A stretch of DNA of 64,000 bases. It comes from Rikenellaceae bacterium (lineage in GTDB: Bacteria; Bacteroidota; Bacteroidia; Bacteroidales; Rikenellaceae). The DNA is taken from positions 10,898 through 74,897 of the forward strand of contig JBCQUV010000002.1 of the NCBI GenBank assembly GCA_047173765.1, given 5' to 3'. Positions 49,724-60,483 of the stretch are shown one piece after another. The position numbers were made by a program, and so were the translations under genes. The notes under the pieces are model-generated. The model was not told where the DNA came from, made no database searches, and was given only the letters and a program-made list of their open reading frames with translations. Position 1 is the first letter of the stretch, and each line of letters starts with the position of its first letter.

Positions 49724-50055
49724 TAAGGGGAGTTCTATTTTCTCCCTGATTTTAATTTTTAAGTAGTGTAAAACAATTATTGCCATATTTTTAAAAGCAC
49801 TCTTGAAGCGATATTTTTCACTATTAAATTTCAATGTAGATCCACTATATTTTCAATTCAATAGCAAAAAATCTCATCTCCAATAGTACTCTTAAAAACA
49901 CACCAATAATTATTTTACCCTACTTAGTTAATAATTGTCCATTTTTAATTTTACAAAAGTGGGTTGTAGTGACTCCTACTACCGATTTTTGTAAAATCGA
50001 AAAGGGATAGTTAGTAGCTGGAAAGTATTTTAGGGAGAAATTAGAACTCCCCTTA
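49724..50055 (+). mobile_element. Family B rod-shaped MITE-like element interrupted by a family A copy
   Basis: TIR TAAGGGGAGTTCTATTTTCTCCCT / AGGGAGAAATTAGAACTCCCCTTA; removing the insert restores a continuous 167-bp hairpin. Confidence 0.8.
49760..49926 (-). mobile_element. 167-bp MITE, family A, copy 4 (nested)
   Basis: Reverse complement of copy 1 with a few substitutions; TA duplicated. Confidence 0.9.
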
Positions 50056-50056
50056 A

Positions 50057-51991
50057 TTATTTTTTACTCTTTTGTTGCTCTTGAGCCTCTGCCAACATAG
50101 CTTCGTAGCGTTGTTGGAACTTAGACTTTTTGGAGTTGCTCTTCTTCTTGGCGTTAGCTTGAAGGATTGCGTGGATTTTGTTGTCGTCCACCATGCGGCG
50201 TATGAGTATTGTTTGACCAATAGTCAAAAGATTAGCCAAGAAGTAGTAGTAGCAAAGACCACTCGAGTAGCTATTGAACCACAACAACATCATCACTGGC
50301 ATCATATACAACATCATAAACTTCATACCCGCCATTTGAGGTTGCGACGATGCCGATTGGTCGTAGTTCATCTTAGAGTAGAAGAACATCACAATAGCCA
50401 TAAGTAGCGCAAATAGACTCACATGGTCACCATAAAATGGGATTGAGAATGGCAAATTCAACACACTATCATACGACGACAAATCGTGCGCCCACAAGAA
50501 TGATTGGTCACGAAGCTCAATCGAAGCGGGGAAGAAACGGAACATAGCGATGATGATAGGCATCTGAATCAACATAGGCAAACAACCTCCCATGGGGTTC
50601 ACTCCCACCTTTTTGTATAGTTCCATAGTCGCCTGCTGACGTTTCATAGCTTCATCATCCTTGGGATATTTAGCGTTGATAGCATCCACTTCGGGTTTCA
50701 TCACACGCATTTTAGCCATAGACAAATAGCTGCTATATGTCATAGGTGAAATCACCAACTTAACGAGTAGAGCAAGTATAAATATAATAACTCCAAAGCT
50801 AGCGATGTGGTCTCTAAGGAAATCAAAAATCGGAATAGTGAAGAATTTATTAACCCATCCAAAGATACCCCATCCAAGTGGAATAAGCTCCTGCATGCGC
50901 AAATCTCCAAGTTCCAAATCCGACGTGCCCTTAAGCACATAATATTGGTTTGGACCATAGAACATTGCGAATTTGTATCTGTCGGTGGTAGTGTCATAAG
51001 GCACGGTCATCTGCGACGAGAATGACTTCATGAACCCAGAACCCTCTTCGGCTGTGTTGAACGCCATATTGGCAGTCGAGAAGAATGATGGTGCAATAAA
51101 TGCCGACGAGAAGAATTGTTGCTTGAATGCTACCCAGTTGATTTTGCCTGTAACATCTTTGCTCTTGCGCTCCTTGCTCATACCCAATTCGTCGATTCCT
51201 CTCTCGCCATCGAAATGGTATGACAGAGTGGTGTATGTGTTCTCGTTGGTGTAACCTCTCTCGTTTTGGTATGTTGTATTTGCCCAATTTATGGTTACCG
51301 AAGATTGGTTAGCCATGATTTGAGACATATTGTGCAACTTAACATCGAAATCCAACATGTAGTTACGGCTCTCATCCGCAGTGTTGTAGATTGTGTAGAT
51401 ATACTCCACCGCTACCCTATCGCCAAAATCAAGCATGAAACATTGGCGTACTGCTCCACCCTCCAATATTATGGCTGGAAGTGGCACAAATGTGTACTCC
51501 GAAGTATTGACCTTGACGTTGTTGAGTCCATTGCGGATGTAGAACGACATATCCATATTGGCACTCGAAGGGTCGAACATCTCGATAAGCTCCGTGCGCT
51601 CGCCCTTGGGTGCATATTTGGTATAGTTTTTGAGTGTAACGCTCTTGGGTTGTGCACCTTTGGTCGATAGTACCATTTTCAACACGTCGTTCTCCAAAAC
51701 TATATCTTGTGGCTCTGCGATTTTGGCATTAGTGAGCTCCTCGCCAATTGTCATAATGCTTTTAGCTCTCTGCATAGCCACTGCTGTGGAGTCTGAGCCA
51801 TTGGTGATTTGACCCATAAGAAGTGCCTCGGCTTGAACCTCTGCCGCACGTTGAGCCTCTAGAGCTGCCATGCGCTCCTCGTATGCTGCCAATTCTGCTT
51901 GATAGCGGGTGCTCTCCTTGTGATTGATGTACATGAAACCTACAAATAGTAGGACTATGATAGCTATTGCTGCAATAGAATTTTTATTCAT
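50057..51991 (-). CDS. yidC: Membrane protein insertase YidC
   Basis: WVAFKQQFF, YGP, LGWG, NPMGGCLPMLIQMP, FLWAHDLS. Confidence 0.96.
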   Translation of the reverse strand: MNKNSIAAIAIIVLLFVGFMYINHKESTRYQAELAAYEERMAALEAQRAAEVQAEALLMGQITNGSDSTAVAMQRAKSIMTIGEELTNAKIAEPQDIVLENDVLKMVLSTKGAQPKSVTLKNYTKYAPKGERTELIEMFDPSSANMDMSFYIRNGLNNVKVNTSEYTFVPLPAIILEGGAVRQCFMLDFGDRVAVEYIYTIYNTADESRNYMLDFDVKLHNMSQIMANQSSVTINWANTTYQNERGYTNENTYTTLSYHFDGERGIDELGMSKERKSKDVTGKINWVAFKQQFFSSAFIAPSFFSTANMAFNTAEEGSGFMKSFSSQMTVPYDTTTDRYKFAMFYGPNQYYVLKGTSDLELGDLRMQELIPLGWGIFGWVNKFFTIPIFDFLRDHIASFGVIIFILALLVKLVISPMTYSSYLSMAKMRVMKPEVDAINAKYPKDDEAMKRQQATMELYKKVGVNPMGGCLPMLIQMPIIIAMFRFFPASIELRDQSFLWAHDLSSYDSVLNLPFSIPFYGDHVSLFALLMAIVMFFYSKMNYDQSASSQPQMAGMKFMMLYMMPVMMLLWFNSYSSGLCYYYFLANLLTIGQTILIRRMVDDNKIHAILQANAKKKSNSKKSKFQQRYEAMLAEAQEQQKSKK

Positions 51992-52010
51992 TACTTATAT
52001 CTATTTTCTG

Positions 52011-53630
52011 TTACTCTTTAAGATTCTTAATTGCTGCTGCGACAAATGCCACAAACAATGGGTGTGGGTTTAGAACGGTACTTTTGTACTCTGGGTGGTA
52101 TTGCGTACCCACAAACCATGGGTGATCCACAATCTCCACAACCTCCACAAGTGTGGTGTCGGGGTTTACTCCCGCAGCAATCATACCTGCCGCCTCATAC
52201 TCATCACGGTAGTTGCTGTTGAACTCGTAGCGGTGGCGGTGACGCTCCACAATAGATGTCGAACCATACGCCTCGGCAACTTTCGAACCTGGGGTGAGTG
52301 CACAAGGGTAACCTCCTAGGCGCATTGTGCCTCCCTTAGCGGTAACTCCCTTTTGCTCCTCCATAATGTCGATTACGGGGTGTGCGGTTATAGGGTTCAT
52401 CTCCGAAGAGTGCGCATCTGCGTATCCCAACACATTGCGAGCAAACTCAATTACAGCGCACTGCATACCTAAGCATATACCAAGGAATGGAATTTTGTTC
52501 TCACGAGCATACTTCACTGCCATAATCTTACCCTCGATACCACGATTACCAAAGCCTGGAGCTACCAATATCGCACCCTTTGTGCCCAATTTCTCGTCGA
52601 TATTCTCTGGAGAGAGCTTCTCTGAGTTTACGTATGTCACCTTCACTTTGCAGTTGTTGGCTGCTCCAGCGTGTATAAATGACTCTGATATTGATTTGTA
52701 TGCATCTGGAAGCTCGGTGTATTTACCCACGAGTGCAATCTCGATATTGCGTTGTGGATTTTTAACCTTGTGCACAAAGTCGCTCCACTTGTCCAGCTCG
52801 GGGGTGCCCTCAACCTCCAAATCCAACTTCGAACATACCACCTTGTCTAGGTTTTGCTCGTACATTTTGAGTGGCACCTCATAAATTGTTGGCACATCAA
52901 TAGAGACCATCACCGCATCAGGGTCTACGTTGCAGAACAACGCAACCTTGCGCTTAACATCTGCCGAAAGCTCATGTTCCGAACGCAACACCAACACGTC
53001 GGGTTGCAAACCATTCTCCAACAACATCTTCACAGAGTGCTGCGTAGGCTTAGTCTTAAGCTCGCCCGATGCTGCCATATATGGAATCAAGGTCAAGTGA
53101 ATAAGTGCCGTGTTGTGATACCCAAGTTGGTAGCGCAATTGACGCACCGACTCAATGAAGGGTTGCGACTCGATGTCACCCACCGTACCACCAATCTCGG
53201 TGATTACGATGTCATAATCTTTGGTTTGACCTAGGATTTGTATTCTGCGCTTGATTTCGTCTGTGATGTGGGGGATTACCTGCACCGTTTTGCCCAAAAA
53301 CTCACCCTTACGCTCCTTCTCAATCACACTTTGGTATATCTTACCTGTGGTGACATTATTCATCTTTGAGGTGTGAATAGAGGTGAATCGCTCGTAGTGA
53401 CCCAAATCCAAGTCTGTCTCCGCACCATCTTCGGTGACGTAGCACTCTCCGTGCTCGTAGGGGTTGAGTGTTCCTGGGTCTACATTGATATATGGGTCTA
53501 ATTTTTGGATAGTCACCGAATAGCCACGTGCCTGCAACAGACGAGCCAACGATGCCGATATAATACCCTTACCAAGTGACGATGCAACACCGCCAGTTAC
53601 GAAGATATATTTTGACTTCTCTAGTTTCAT
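52011..53630 (-). CDS. pyrG: CTP synthase
   Basis: [46 protein letters not shown]. Confidence 0.98.
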   Translation of the reverse strand: MKLEKSKYIFVTGGVASSLGKGIISASLARLLQARGYSVTIQKLDPYINVDPGTLNPYEHGECYVTEDGAETDLDLGHYERFTSIHTSKMNNVTTGKIYQSVIEKERKGEFLGKTVQVIPHITDEIKRRIQILGQTKDYDIVITEIGGTVGDIESQPFIESVRQLRYQLGYHNTALIHLTLIPYMAASGELKTKPTQHSVKMLLENGLQPDVLVLRSEHELSADVKRKVALFCNVDPDAVMVSIDVPTIYEVPLKMYEQNLDKVVCSKLDLEVEGTPELDKWSDFVHKVKNPQRNIEIALVGKYTELPDAYKSISESFIHAGAANNCKVKVTYVNSEKLSPENIDEKLGTKGAILVAPGFGNRGIEGKIMAVKYARENKIPFLGICLGMQCAVIEFARNVLGYADAHSSEMNPITAHPVIDIMEEQKGVTAKGGTMRLGGYPCALTPGSKVAEAYGSTSIVERHRHRYEFNSNYRDEYEAAGMIAAGVNPDTTLVEVVEIVDHPWFVGTQYHPEYKSTVLNPHPLFVAFVAAAIKNLKE

Positions 53631-53703
53631 TCTTTTCTCTTTTATTTTTTACTTCCGACTATACATATTAATATATAGCACTCACTAACCTAACTCTTTT
53701 TTG

Positions 53704-55575
53704 TTACTCTTGCGTTGCCGCGTCAATCAACTTCACCTTAGCGATGATGTCGGCTCTATCTTGACGAGCCTTTTCGATTTTGCGCTTCACATCTGCAATC
53801 AATGCCTCTGCACCCTTCGATTTGCCGAAGAATCCAATGTTGTTTTCGAGTAGAGCGATGTCGCTATCCAACTGCTTTACTTTCTGCATCAATTTCTCTC
53901 TCTCGCCTCTCACTCGACCATCGCCAGAGCCCTTTATATGCGAAATCTTCTCTTTGAATTTGCTTATCGAGCGATCTCTCTCTTGACCCCTAAGGGTTGT
54001 GAATAGTCCATCTACTACCTCCTTATATCGTTTCGAGATAGCATCTTTTGCCTTGATAGGCACAAATCCAATCTCCGAGAATCGACGTTGGAACGCCTTG
54101 ATAGCATCGAATCCGCCTGCTGCTACTATGTCGCACGACTCCATCTCCGCAATGAGAGCCTCCTTAGCTTTGAGGTTGGCATCTTGCTCGTTGTCTTGCG
54201 ACGAGAAGTGTGCAGATTTTCTCTCGAAGAATCCATCGCATGCAGCTCTAAATCTCTTCCACACTTGGTCTGAATAGCGTTGAGCTACACTGCCTACGCT
54301 CTTCCACTCCGCTTGCAACGCTATGATTTGGTCTGTTGCCGTTTTCCAATCTTCGCTGCTGACCAATGCCTCGGCACGCTCGCAGATTTGTGTTTTGAGC
54401 ACTAAGTTTTGCTCCATCTCGCCCTTTTGCGATGCGTAGAATTGACGCTTAGTTTCGAAGAACTTGTCGCATGCAGCACGGAAACGGTCATAAATCTTGG
54501 TGTTATCCTTTTTGGGCGCAAAGCCTATGCTCTTCCACTCTTTTTGTATTTCGAGGAGTTTGTCGCTCGCCTTGTTCCACTCTTTGTGCGACACGCCACC
54601 TCGTGCCACTAGCTCCTCTACACGTGCGCACAACGCCTCTTTGAGCTCCAAGTTTTTGAGTTGGTCAGATTTAATCTGCTCAAAATATCCTTGGTGTAGC
54701 TTGTTTATTTGGCTCGATGCCTCCTTAAATCTGTTCCATATAGCCTCCTTGAATTCGTCTGCCACAGGACCAGTTTCGCGCCATGAGTCGTGCAACTTTT
54801 GTAGTTTGCGGAACGCCTCAACCACAGAGCTCTCCGACACCAACGCCTCGGCTTGCTCGCATAGAGCTGTTTTTTGCTCCAAGTTCTTTTTGAGGTCTAG
54901 GTCACGAAGCTCCTTGTTGATTTTTATGAAGTTGTAGAAGTGCTCGGTGTGTAGGTGGTATCTCTCCCAAATATCCTTCACCTCTGCTGCGGGCACGCTA
55001 CCAGTCTCTCGCCAACGAGTCTGCAACTCGCGGAATTTTGGGAATGTGTGGTTAAGAGTCTCGTCTGACTCCACCAAATCCTTAAGCTCCTCGATGATTT
55101 GGAGCTTGATTTTGAGGTTTGCCTCCTTTACTGCCTCTGCGTTTGATATGAACTCGTCTCGCTTAGTACGATACTCTTTGAGAAGCCCTTTGAGCTTAAC
55201 CTCCAATTCATCAACCTCTGGTGTGAACTCTGCATCTTCGCCATTTTGCTCAGCCGCTAGGCGACGTAGCTCCTCGCCCTCGGCACGGTGAAGTTTGTAG
55301 AATGCAATTTTAATCGCCTCAACCGTGCGACGCAACGATTGTATCGGCTCCGCCACCAAGAGTCGAGCGAGTAGGTCTACTAACTCCGCTTTGCTTTTGC
55401 CAGCGAAGGTATCCTCTTCTGTCTCCTCTGCGGAGTCTAAAATTGGGGTATCGAGCTCTATTGTCTCGGGTTGTGGTGTAGACTCAGCCTCTGTGGGTTG
55501 AGTTGCTGTTTGCACATCCTCAGCGGTGCTGAGTAGCTCTTCTTGAGCTGAAGGAGTTAAATTTTCGGTAGTCAT
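53704..55575 (-). CDS. DUF349 repeat protein
   Basis: Repeated LQ.(R/E)W(R/K)..G.V....IW.RF..A...FF units; acidic N-terminus; start at ATG 55575. Confidence 0.88.
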   Translation of the reverse strand: MTTENLTPSAQEELLSTAEDVQTATQPTEAESTPQPETIELDTPILDSAEETEEDTFAGKSKAELVDLLARLLVAEPIQSLRRTVEAIKIAFYKLHRAEGEELRRLAAEQNGEDAEFTPEVDELEVKLKGLLKEYRTKRDEFISNAEAVKEANLKIKLQIIEELKDLVESDETLNHTFPKFRELQTRWRETGSVPAAEVKDIWERYHLHTEHFYNFIKINKELRDLDLKKNLEQKTALCEQAEALVSESSVVEAFRKLQKLHDSWRETGPVADEFKEAIWNRFKEASSQINKLHQGYFEQIKSDQLKNLELKEALCARVEELVARGGVSHKEWNKASDKLLEIQKEWKSIGFAPKKDNTKIYDRFRAACDKFFETKRQFYASQKGEMEQNLVLKTQICERAEALVSSEDWKTATDQIIALQAEWKSVGSVAQRYSDQVWKRFRAACDGFFERKSAHFSSQDNEQDANLKAKEALIAEMESCDIVAAGGFDAIKAFQRRFSEIGFVPIKAKDAISKRYKEVVDGLFTTLRGQERDRSISKFKEKISHIKGSGDGRVRGEREKLMQKVKQLDSDIALLENNIGFFGKSKGAEALIADVKRKIEKARQDRADIIAKVKLIDAATQE

Positions 55576-55842
55576 CTGCCTTGTCTGTTTGAACGGACTC
55601 TCAAATAAGTTTATACTGCGTAAGTTGGGCTCTTTGCCCAATCATACATTCTAACCTGCAAATATAACTATTTTTAACCATACAATCCCATTTTTTTTTC
55701 ACTTTTTTGTGGCTTTATTCTCCTAATGGTGGCAATTTTATCTATTATGGCGAAAAATGCCTTCGAAAGGTTGCGGTTGTCGATATTTTTTATTACCTTA
55801 GCAACACTCTGATTTTTTACTTTAATACCCATATTTTTGCCG

Positions 55843-58014
55843 ATGTTTAACCCTCTATACGCACACTCTTTGCTCCAAACTCCGATTGATAGCCCGGTGC
55901 TGAAGTTTCTCGTAATCCTCTCGATTATACTCTTCGCTCCGCTGCTGTTCAACAAGCTGCGCATACCCCATATTTTGGGGCTTATTATTGCGGGTGCTAT
56001 CATTGGTCCTTATGGGTTGAATCTCGTGCTCAGAGATAACGGAATTGTGCTTTCGGGTACGGCGGGTCTGCTCTATATCATGTTCTTGGCAGGTCTCGAA
56101 ATAGATATGAATGAGTTTGTTAAGAGTCGGGTCAAAAGTTTTGTATTTGGGCTCTACACCTTCGTAATCCCGATGGCTGTCGGAATTGGTGTGGGACTAT
56201 ACCTGCTCGATTTTTCGCTCAAAACATCAATTCTCATGGCGAGTATGTTTGCCTCGCATACGCTGTTGGCATACCCCATAATCTCTAAACTCGGAGTCAA
56301 ACACAATCGTGCGGTGACGGTCACAATCGGAGGTACGGTAATAGCCGAGACCCTGGCTCTGTTGGTGCTGGCTGTGATTGTTGAGACCACCAAGGGAGCT
56401 GTGGATGCTATGTTCTGGTTGCGTTTTGCCGCCTCTTTGTCCATATTTGCTGCTGTTATATTTGTTGGATTTCCCATTGTCACACGCCTATTTTTAAAGA
56501 ACGTGTCGGATGGTTTGACCCAATATGTCTTTATTCTATTTATGGTGTTCCTCGGAGCGTCATTTGCCGAGGTGGTCGAGATTGAGGGTATCATTGGCGC
56601 ATTGTTTACTGGATTGGCACTCAATAGGTTAATTCCCCATTCGTCGGCTCTGATGAATCGCATAGAGTTTATTGGTAACGCCATATTTATCCCCTTCTTT
56701 TTGATAGGTGTGGGTATGCTCATAGATTACAGAGTATTCATATCGGATTGGCACACTTTGTATGTGGCATTTATTATGACCTCATTTGCTACGATTGCCA
56801 AATATATAGCGTCGTGGATGGCGCAAAAGAGCTTTGGTTACACGCCAGAGGAGCGAACCCTAATATTTGGACTTAGTAACGCACGTGCTGCGGCTACGCT
56901 GGCTGTGGTGCTGGTGGGTTATAACATTGTGCTGGGGCGCAATCCAGATGGTTCGGAGATTCGCCTATTCGACGACAGTGTGTTGAATGGTACTATCGTT
57001 ATGATATTCATCACCTGCACAATAGCATCGTTCTCGGCACAGCGTGGAGCATCCAAGATTTCGATGAACGAGCAAATTGACCTAGACACCGACACCGACG
57101 ACACGGAACGAGTGCTCCTACCCATAAATAGCGTGGAGAGCACTAATGAACTCATGTCGTTCACCAACCTCATAGTCCCTCGCCAAAGCAATAGCACGAT
57201 AACCGTGGCGGCGGTGGTGGGCGAAAGCAAAGATGAGTTGGCTCAAATTGCGAGTGCCAAAAAGGTCTTTGAGCGTGCCATACATTGCGCCTCGGCTATG
57301 GATAGGTCGATAGAGACCAATATGCGCTACGATGTAAGCTACACCAGCGGAATCCTCAACATGATTAAGGAGTCCGAAATCAGCGACTTGGTGCTGGCGG
57401 TGGATGACGAAAAGTTCAAGAAGGGAACCCTCATAAACAAAATCTTTGACGACTCGATGAAGAGCAGCAGCGTCACAACATTTATGTATCGCTCGCAGCA
57501 ACCCGTGGAGACTATCAAGCGACACATTGTAATTATACCTCCAAATGCCGAAAATGAGCTAGGTTTCCGTGCGTGGATTGTAAGAATATGGAACCTTCTG
57601 CGCAGCACAGGGTCGAGCGCGGTGGTGTATGCCAATGCCAATACCGTCAAAATCTTGGAGCGCATAAATAAAAAGGTGTCGCTCCCCATCAAACTCAACA
57701 CCTACGCTAGATACCAAGATATTTTGATTATAGGCAAAGATTTGAAATCGGACGATGGACTCATATTTATTATGAGCAAGAGATTCAACCCCTCCTATGA
57801 TGAGCAGATGGAGCATATACCATTCTATATAGAGACCTATTTCTCGCACCTAAACTTTGTGCTTATATACCCATATCAGCGTGGCGGTGCACACCATTCC
57901 GACATAGATTCACTCACCAATAGAGCCACTATAACTGCGGTGTCGAAAATCGAGGATGTGATAGAAAATGTGATTGGCGTAGTGACAAAACGAGGGGATA
58001 ATTCGGAGGAGTAA
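55843..58014 (+). CDS. Cation:proton antiporter (CPA2) with C-terminal soluble domains
   Basis: LIIAGAIIGP, MFLAGLEID, FASHTL, IFIPFFLIGVGM; about 12 TM. Confidence 0.9.
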   Translation: MFNPLYAHSLLQTPIDSPVLKFLVILSIILFAPLLFNKLRIPHILGLIIAGAIIGPYGLNLVLRDNGIVLSGTAGLLYIMFLAGLEIDMNEFVKSRVKSFVFGLYTFVIPMAVGIGVGLYLLDFSLKTSILMASMFASHTLLAYPIISKLGVKHNRAVTVTIGGTVIAETLALLVLAVIVETTKGAVDAMFWLRFAASLSIFAAVIFVGFPIVTRLFLKNVSDGLTQYVFILFMVFLGASFAEVVEIEGIIGALFTGLALNRLIPHSSALMNRIEFIGNAIFIPFFLIGVGMLIDYRVFISDWHTLYVAFIMTSFATIAKYIASWMAQKSFGYTPEERTLIFGLSNARAAATLAVVLVGYNIVLGRNPDGSEIRLFDDSVLNGTIVMIFITCTIASFSAQRGASKISMNEQIDLDTDTDDTERVLLPINSVESTNELMSFTNLIVPRQSNSTITVAAVVGESKDELAQIASAKKVFERAIHCASAMDRSIETNMRYDVSYTSGILNMIKESEISDLVLAVDDEKFKKGTLINKIFDDSMKSSSVTTFMYRSQQPVETIKRHIVIIPPNAENELGFRAWIVRIWNLLRSTGSSAVVYANANTVKILERINKKVSLPIKLNTYARYQDILIIGKDLKSDDGLIFIMSKRFNPSYDEQMEHIPFYIETYFSHLNFVLIYPYQRGGAHHSDIDSLTNRATITAVSKIEDVIENVIGVVTKRGDNSEE

Positions 58015-58242
58015 AGAGCCCCAATTAAATATTTGTATATGGCCGCAAGTGACTGTTGAATACGAGGTTACAATGGTAAAGCAAATGTTATTTGAATAAC
58101 AATAAAGTGTTATACAAATAACAATAAAAAAAATTATAAAAAGCTCTCTTTGGGGAGTACAAAATTCAACTTTTTTACCTACTTTTGTTGCACAAGGGTG
58201 GGTGTGATAAAACAATAATAAACCAAAAACAGAGAAAACATT

Positions 58243-59445
58243 ATGGTGATTCTAGTACTAAACTGCGGCAGTTCGTCAATCAAATACCAAGTGATTGACA
58301 GAAACGACCAAGACTCTACTCTTTTAGCAAAAGGTATAATCGAGCGCATTGGCGGCGAAATGGGTGTATTTACCCACAAACCTGTGGGCAAGGCTGTGTA
58401 TGCTACCGAGCAACCAATTCCCGACCACACAGAGGGAATTCGTGTAGTACTCGCTGCGCTGCTCAACGAGGAGCACGGCGTAATCAAATCACTAGAGGAG
58501 GTAAAGGCCGTTGGTCACCGTGTGGCTCACGGAGGAGAGTTCTTCTCGGAGAGTGTTTTGGTGAACAAAGATGTGGAGGATAAAATCCGCCAACTCTTCG
58601 AAATAGCTCCGCTGCATAACCCAGCGAATTTGGAGGGTATAACATCTATAGAGAAGGTTCTGCCGGGCATACCACAAGTTGCGGTGTTCGACACGTCGTT
58701 CCACCAAACAATCCCACCAATGAACTACCTATACGCTATTCCTTATAAATATTATGAGAAGTATCGTATCCGTAAATATGGTTTCCACGGCACATCGCAC
58801 AAATTCGTAGCTCAAAAGGCTGCTAAGTTGGCAGGGCTGGATTTCTACAACTCAAAAATCGTTACGTGCCACGTAGGTAATGGTGGTTCGGTGACAGCTA
58901 TCCTCAATGGTAAATCTATCGACACATCTATGGGATTCTCTCCACTGGATGGACTTGTGATGGGTACTCGCAGCGGAAGCATGGATGTGAGTGCAGCGTT
59001 GTACATCGCCGAGAAGGAGGGTATGTCATACGGCGAACTTACATCAATGCTCAACAAAGAGTCGGGCGTGTGGGGTCTCACAGGCATTTCGAGCGACATG
59101 CGTGACATCGACGACGAGTACGACAAGGGTAACGAGATTGCAATTATCGCTAGAGATATGCACTACTCACGCGTGAAGAGATTTGTGGCTCAATACGCAG
59201 CTGTGATGGGCGGACTAGACCTTATAGTATATACAGGCGGCGTGGGTGAAAACTCACACAACCTCAAGCGTGTGGTGAGCACCAACATGGAGTTTATGGG
59301 CGTGGAGGCAGATGTTGATTTGATTAACAAGGCTCGCAACGAAGATATTATCCTATCTAAACCTTCATCTAGAGTCAAGATTGCAATGATTGAGACCGAT
59401 GAGGAGATGGTGATAGCTTCGGATACATATAATATCGTGAAGTAG
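58243..59445 (+). CDS. ackA: Acetate kinase
   Basis: VLNCGSSSIKY, GHRVAHGG, APLHNP, FDTSFH, YGFHGTSH, TGGVGEN. Confidence 0.96.
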   Translation: MVILVLNCGSSSIKYQVIDRNDQDSTLLAKGIIERIGGEMGVFTHKPVGKAVYATEQPIPDHTEGIRVVLAALLNEEHGVIKSLEEVKAVGHRVAHGGEFFSESVLVNKDVEDKIRQLFEIAPLHNPANLEGITSIEKVLPGIPQVAVFDTSFHQTIPPMNYLYAIPYKYYEKYRIRKYGFHGTSHKFVAQKAAKLAGLDFYNSKIVTCHVGNGGSVTAILNGKSIDTSMGFSPLDGLVMGTRSGSMDVSAALYIAEKEGMSYGELTSMLNKESGVWGLTGISSDMRDIDDEYDKGNEIAIIARDMHYSRVKRFVAQYAAVMGGLDLIVYTGGVGENSHNLKRVVSTNMEFMGVEADVDLINKARNEDIILSKPSSRVKIAMIETDEEMVIASDTYNIVK

Positions 59446-59490
59446 AGAACAAAATAACAGAACTATAAATAACTAACAACTTAATTAAAC

Positions 59491-60396
59491 ATGATAAAGA
59501 CATTATCAGACATCGTTGATGCAGCACGCAAAGGCGGTAAGAAGCGTTTGGCCGTAGCTTATGGTCAAGATTCACACACCCTAGAGGCAGTATACGCAGC
59601 TTACAAAGAGGGTATTGTAGAGGCAACTCTTTTTGGTGACAAAAAGACAATCGAGAAGGTTTGCGAGGAGGAGGGTATCGACGTCACGGTATTCCAAATC
59701 ATCGACGAGGCTTCGGATGTAGCTTGCGTGCGCCGTGCAGTAGCATCGGTTGTTGCGGGAGACGCAGATGTACTTATGAAAGGATTGGTATCTACTGACA
59801 AGTACATGCGTGGAATCTTGAACAAGGATGCAGGAATGTTCCCTCCTAAGGGTGTTCTTAGCCACGTAACTATCGTAGAGATGCCAGCTTACCACAAGTT
59901 GCTTACTATCTCAGACATCGCAGTTATTCCACTTCCAGATTTCAAGCAAAAGGTGAAGTTGGTAGGTTACCTAGCTAACACTGCTAAGTTGATTGGTATC
60001 GACAAACCAAAGATCGCTTGTATCGCACCTTCGGAGCAAGTTTTGCCAGGTGTGATTTCATCTGTTGAGAGTGCAATCCTAGCTAAGATGGCTGACCGTG
60101 GTCAATTGGGTAAGGTTGAGTTGGATGGTCCATTGTCGTTGGATGTGGCTATGTACAAAGAGGTTGCTGAGCACAAGAAGGTGACTGGTTCATCTATCGC
60201 TGGAGACCCAGATTGCTTGTTGTTCCCTAACATCGAGGCTGCAAACGTATTCTTCAAGTCTGCAACATACATCTGCAAGAGTGAGTTGGCGGCTATGGTC
60301 GTAGGTACTAAAGTTCCTTGTGTGCTTACTTCACGTGGCGACACTAGCAAGAGTAAGTTGTACTCTATCGCTCTTGCTTGCCTCGCAGTAAAATAA
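59491..60396 (+). CDS. ptb: Phosphate butyryl/acyltransferase
   Basis: DVLMKGLVST, LSHV, DGPLSLD, PNIEAAN, VLTSRGD; short Ptb type preceding buk. Confidence 0.88.
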   Translation: MIKTLSDIVDAARKGGKKRLAVAYGQDSHTLEAVYAAYKEGIVEATLFGDKKTIEKVCEEEGIDVTVFQIIDEASDVACVRRAVASVVAGDADVLMKGLVSTDKYMRGILNKDAGMFPPKGVLSHVTIVEMPAYHKLLTISDIAVIPLPDFKQKVKLVGYLANTAKLIGIDKPKIACIAPSEQVLPGVISSVESAILAKMADRGQLGKVELDGPLSLDVAMYKEVAEHKKVTGSSIAGDPDCLLFPNIEAANVFFKSATYICKSELAAMVVGTKVPCVLTSRGDTSKSKLYSIALACLAVK

Positions 60397-60399
60397 TGG

Positions 60400-60452
60400 T
60401 TGAGGTTGGCTAACAAGGCGATTTTTGGCACATCCTTGTTAGCCAGCCTCAA
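60400..60452. repeat. Collapsed family D remnant forming a strong hairpin between ptb and buk
   Basis: AACAAGGCGATTTTTGGCACATCCTTG matches the reverse complement of the right arm of 10577-10700 at 26/27; TGAGGTT terminus as in copy 2. Confidence 0.7.
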
Positions 60453-60483
60453 TTAAAATTAGGTTAAATATAAGGTTGAAAAT

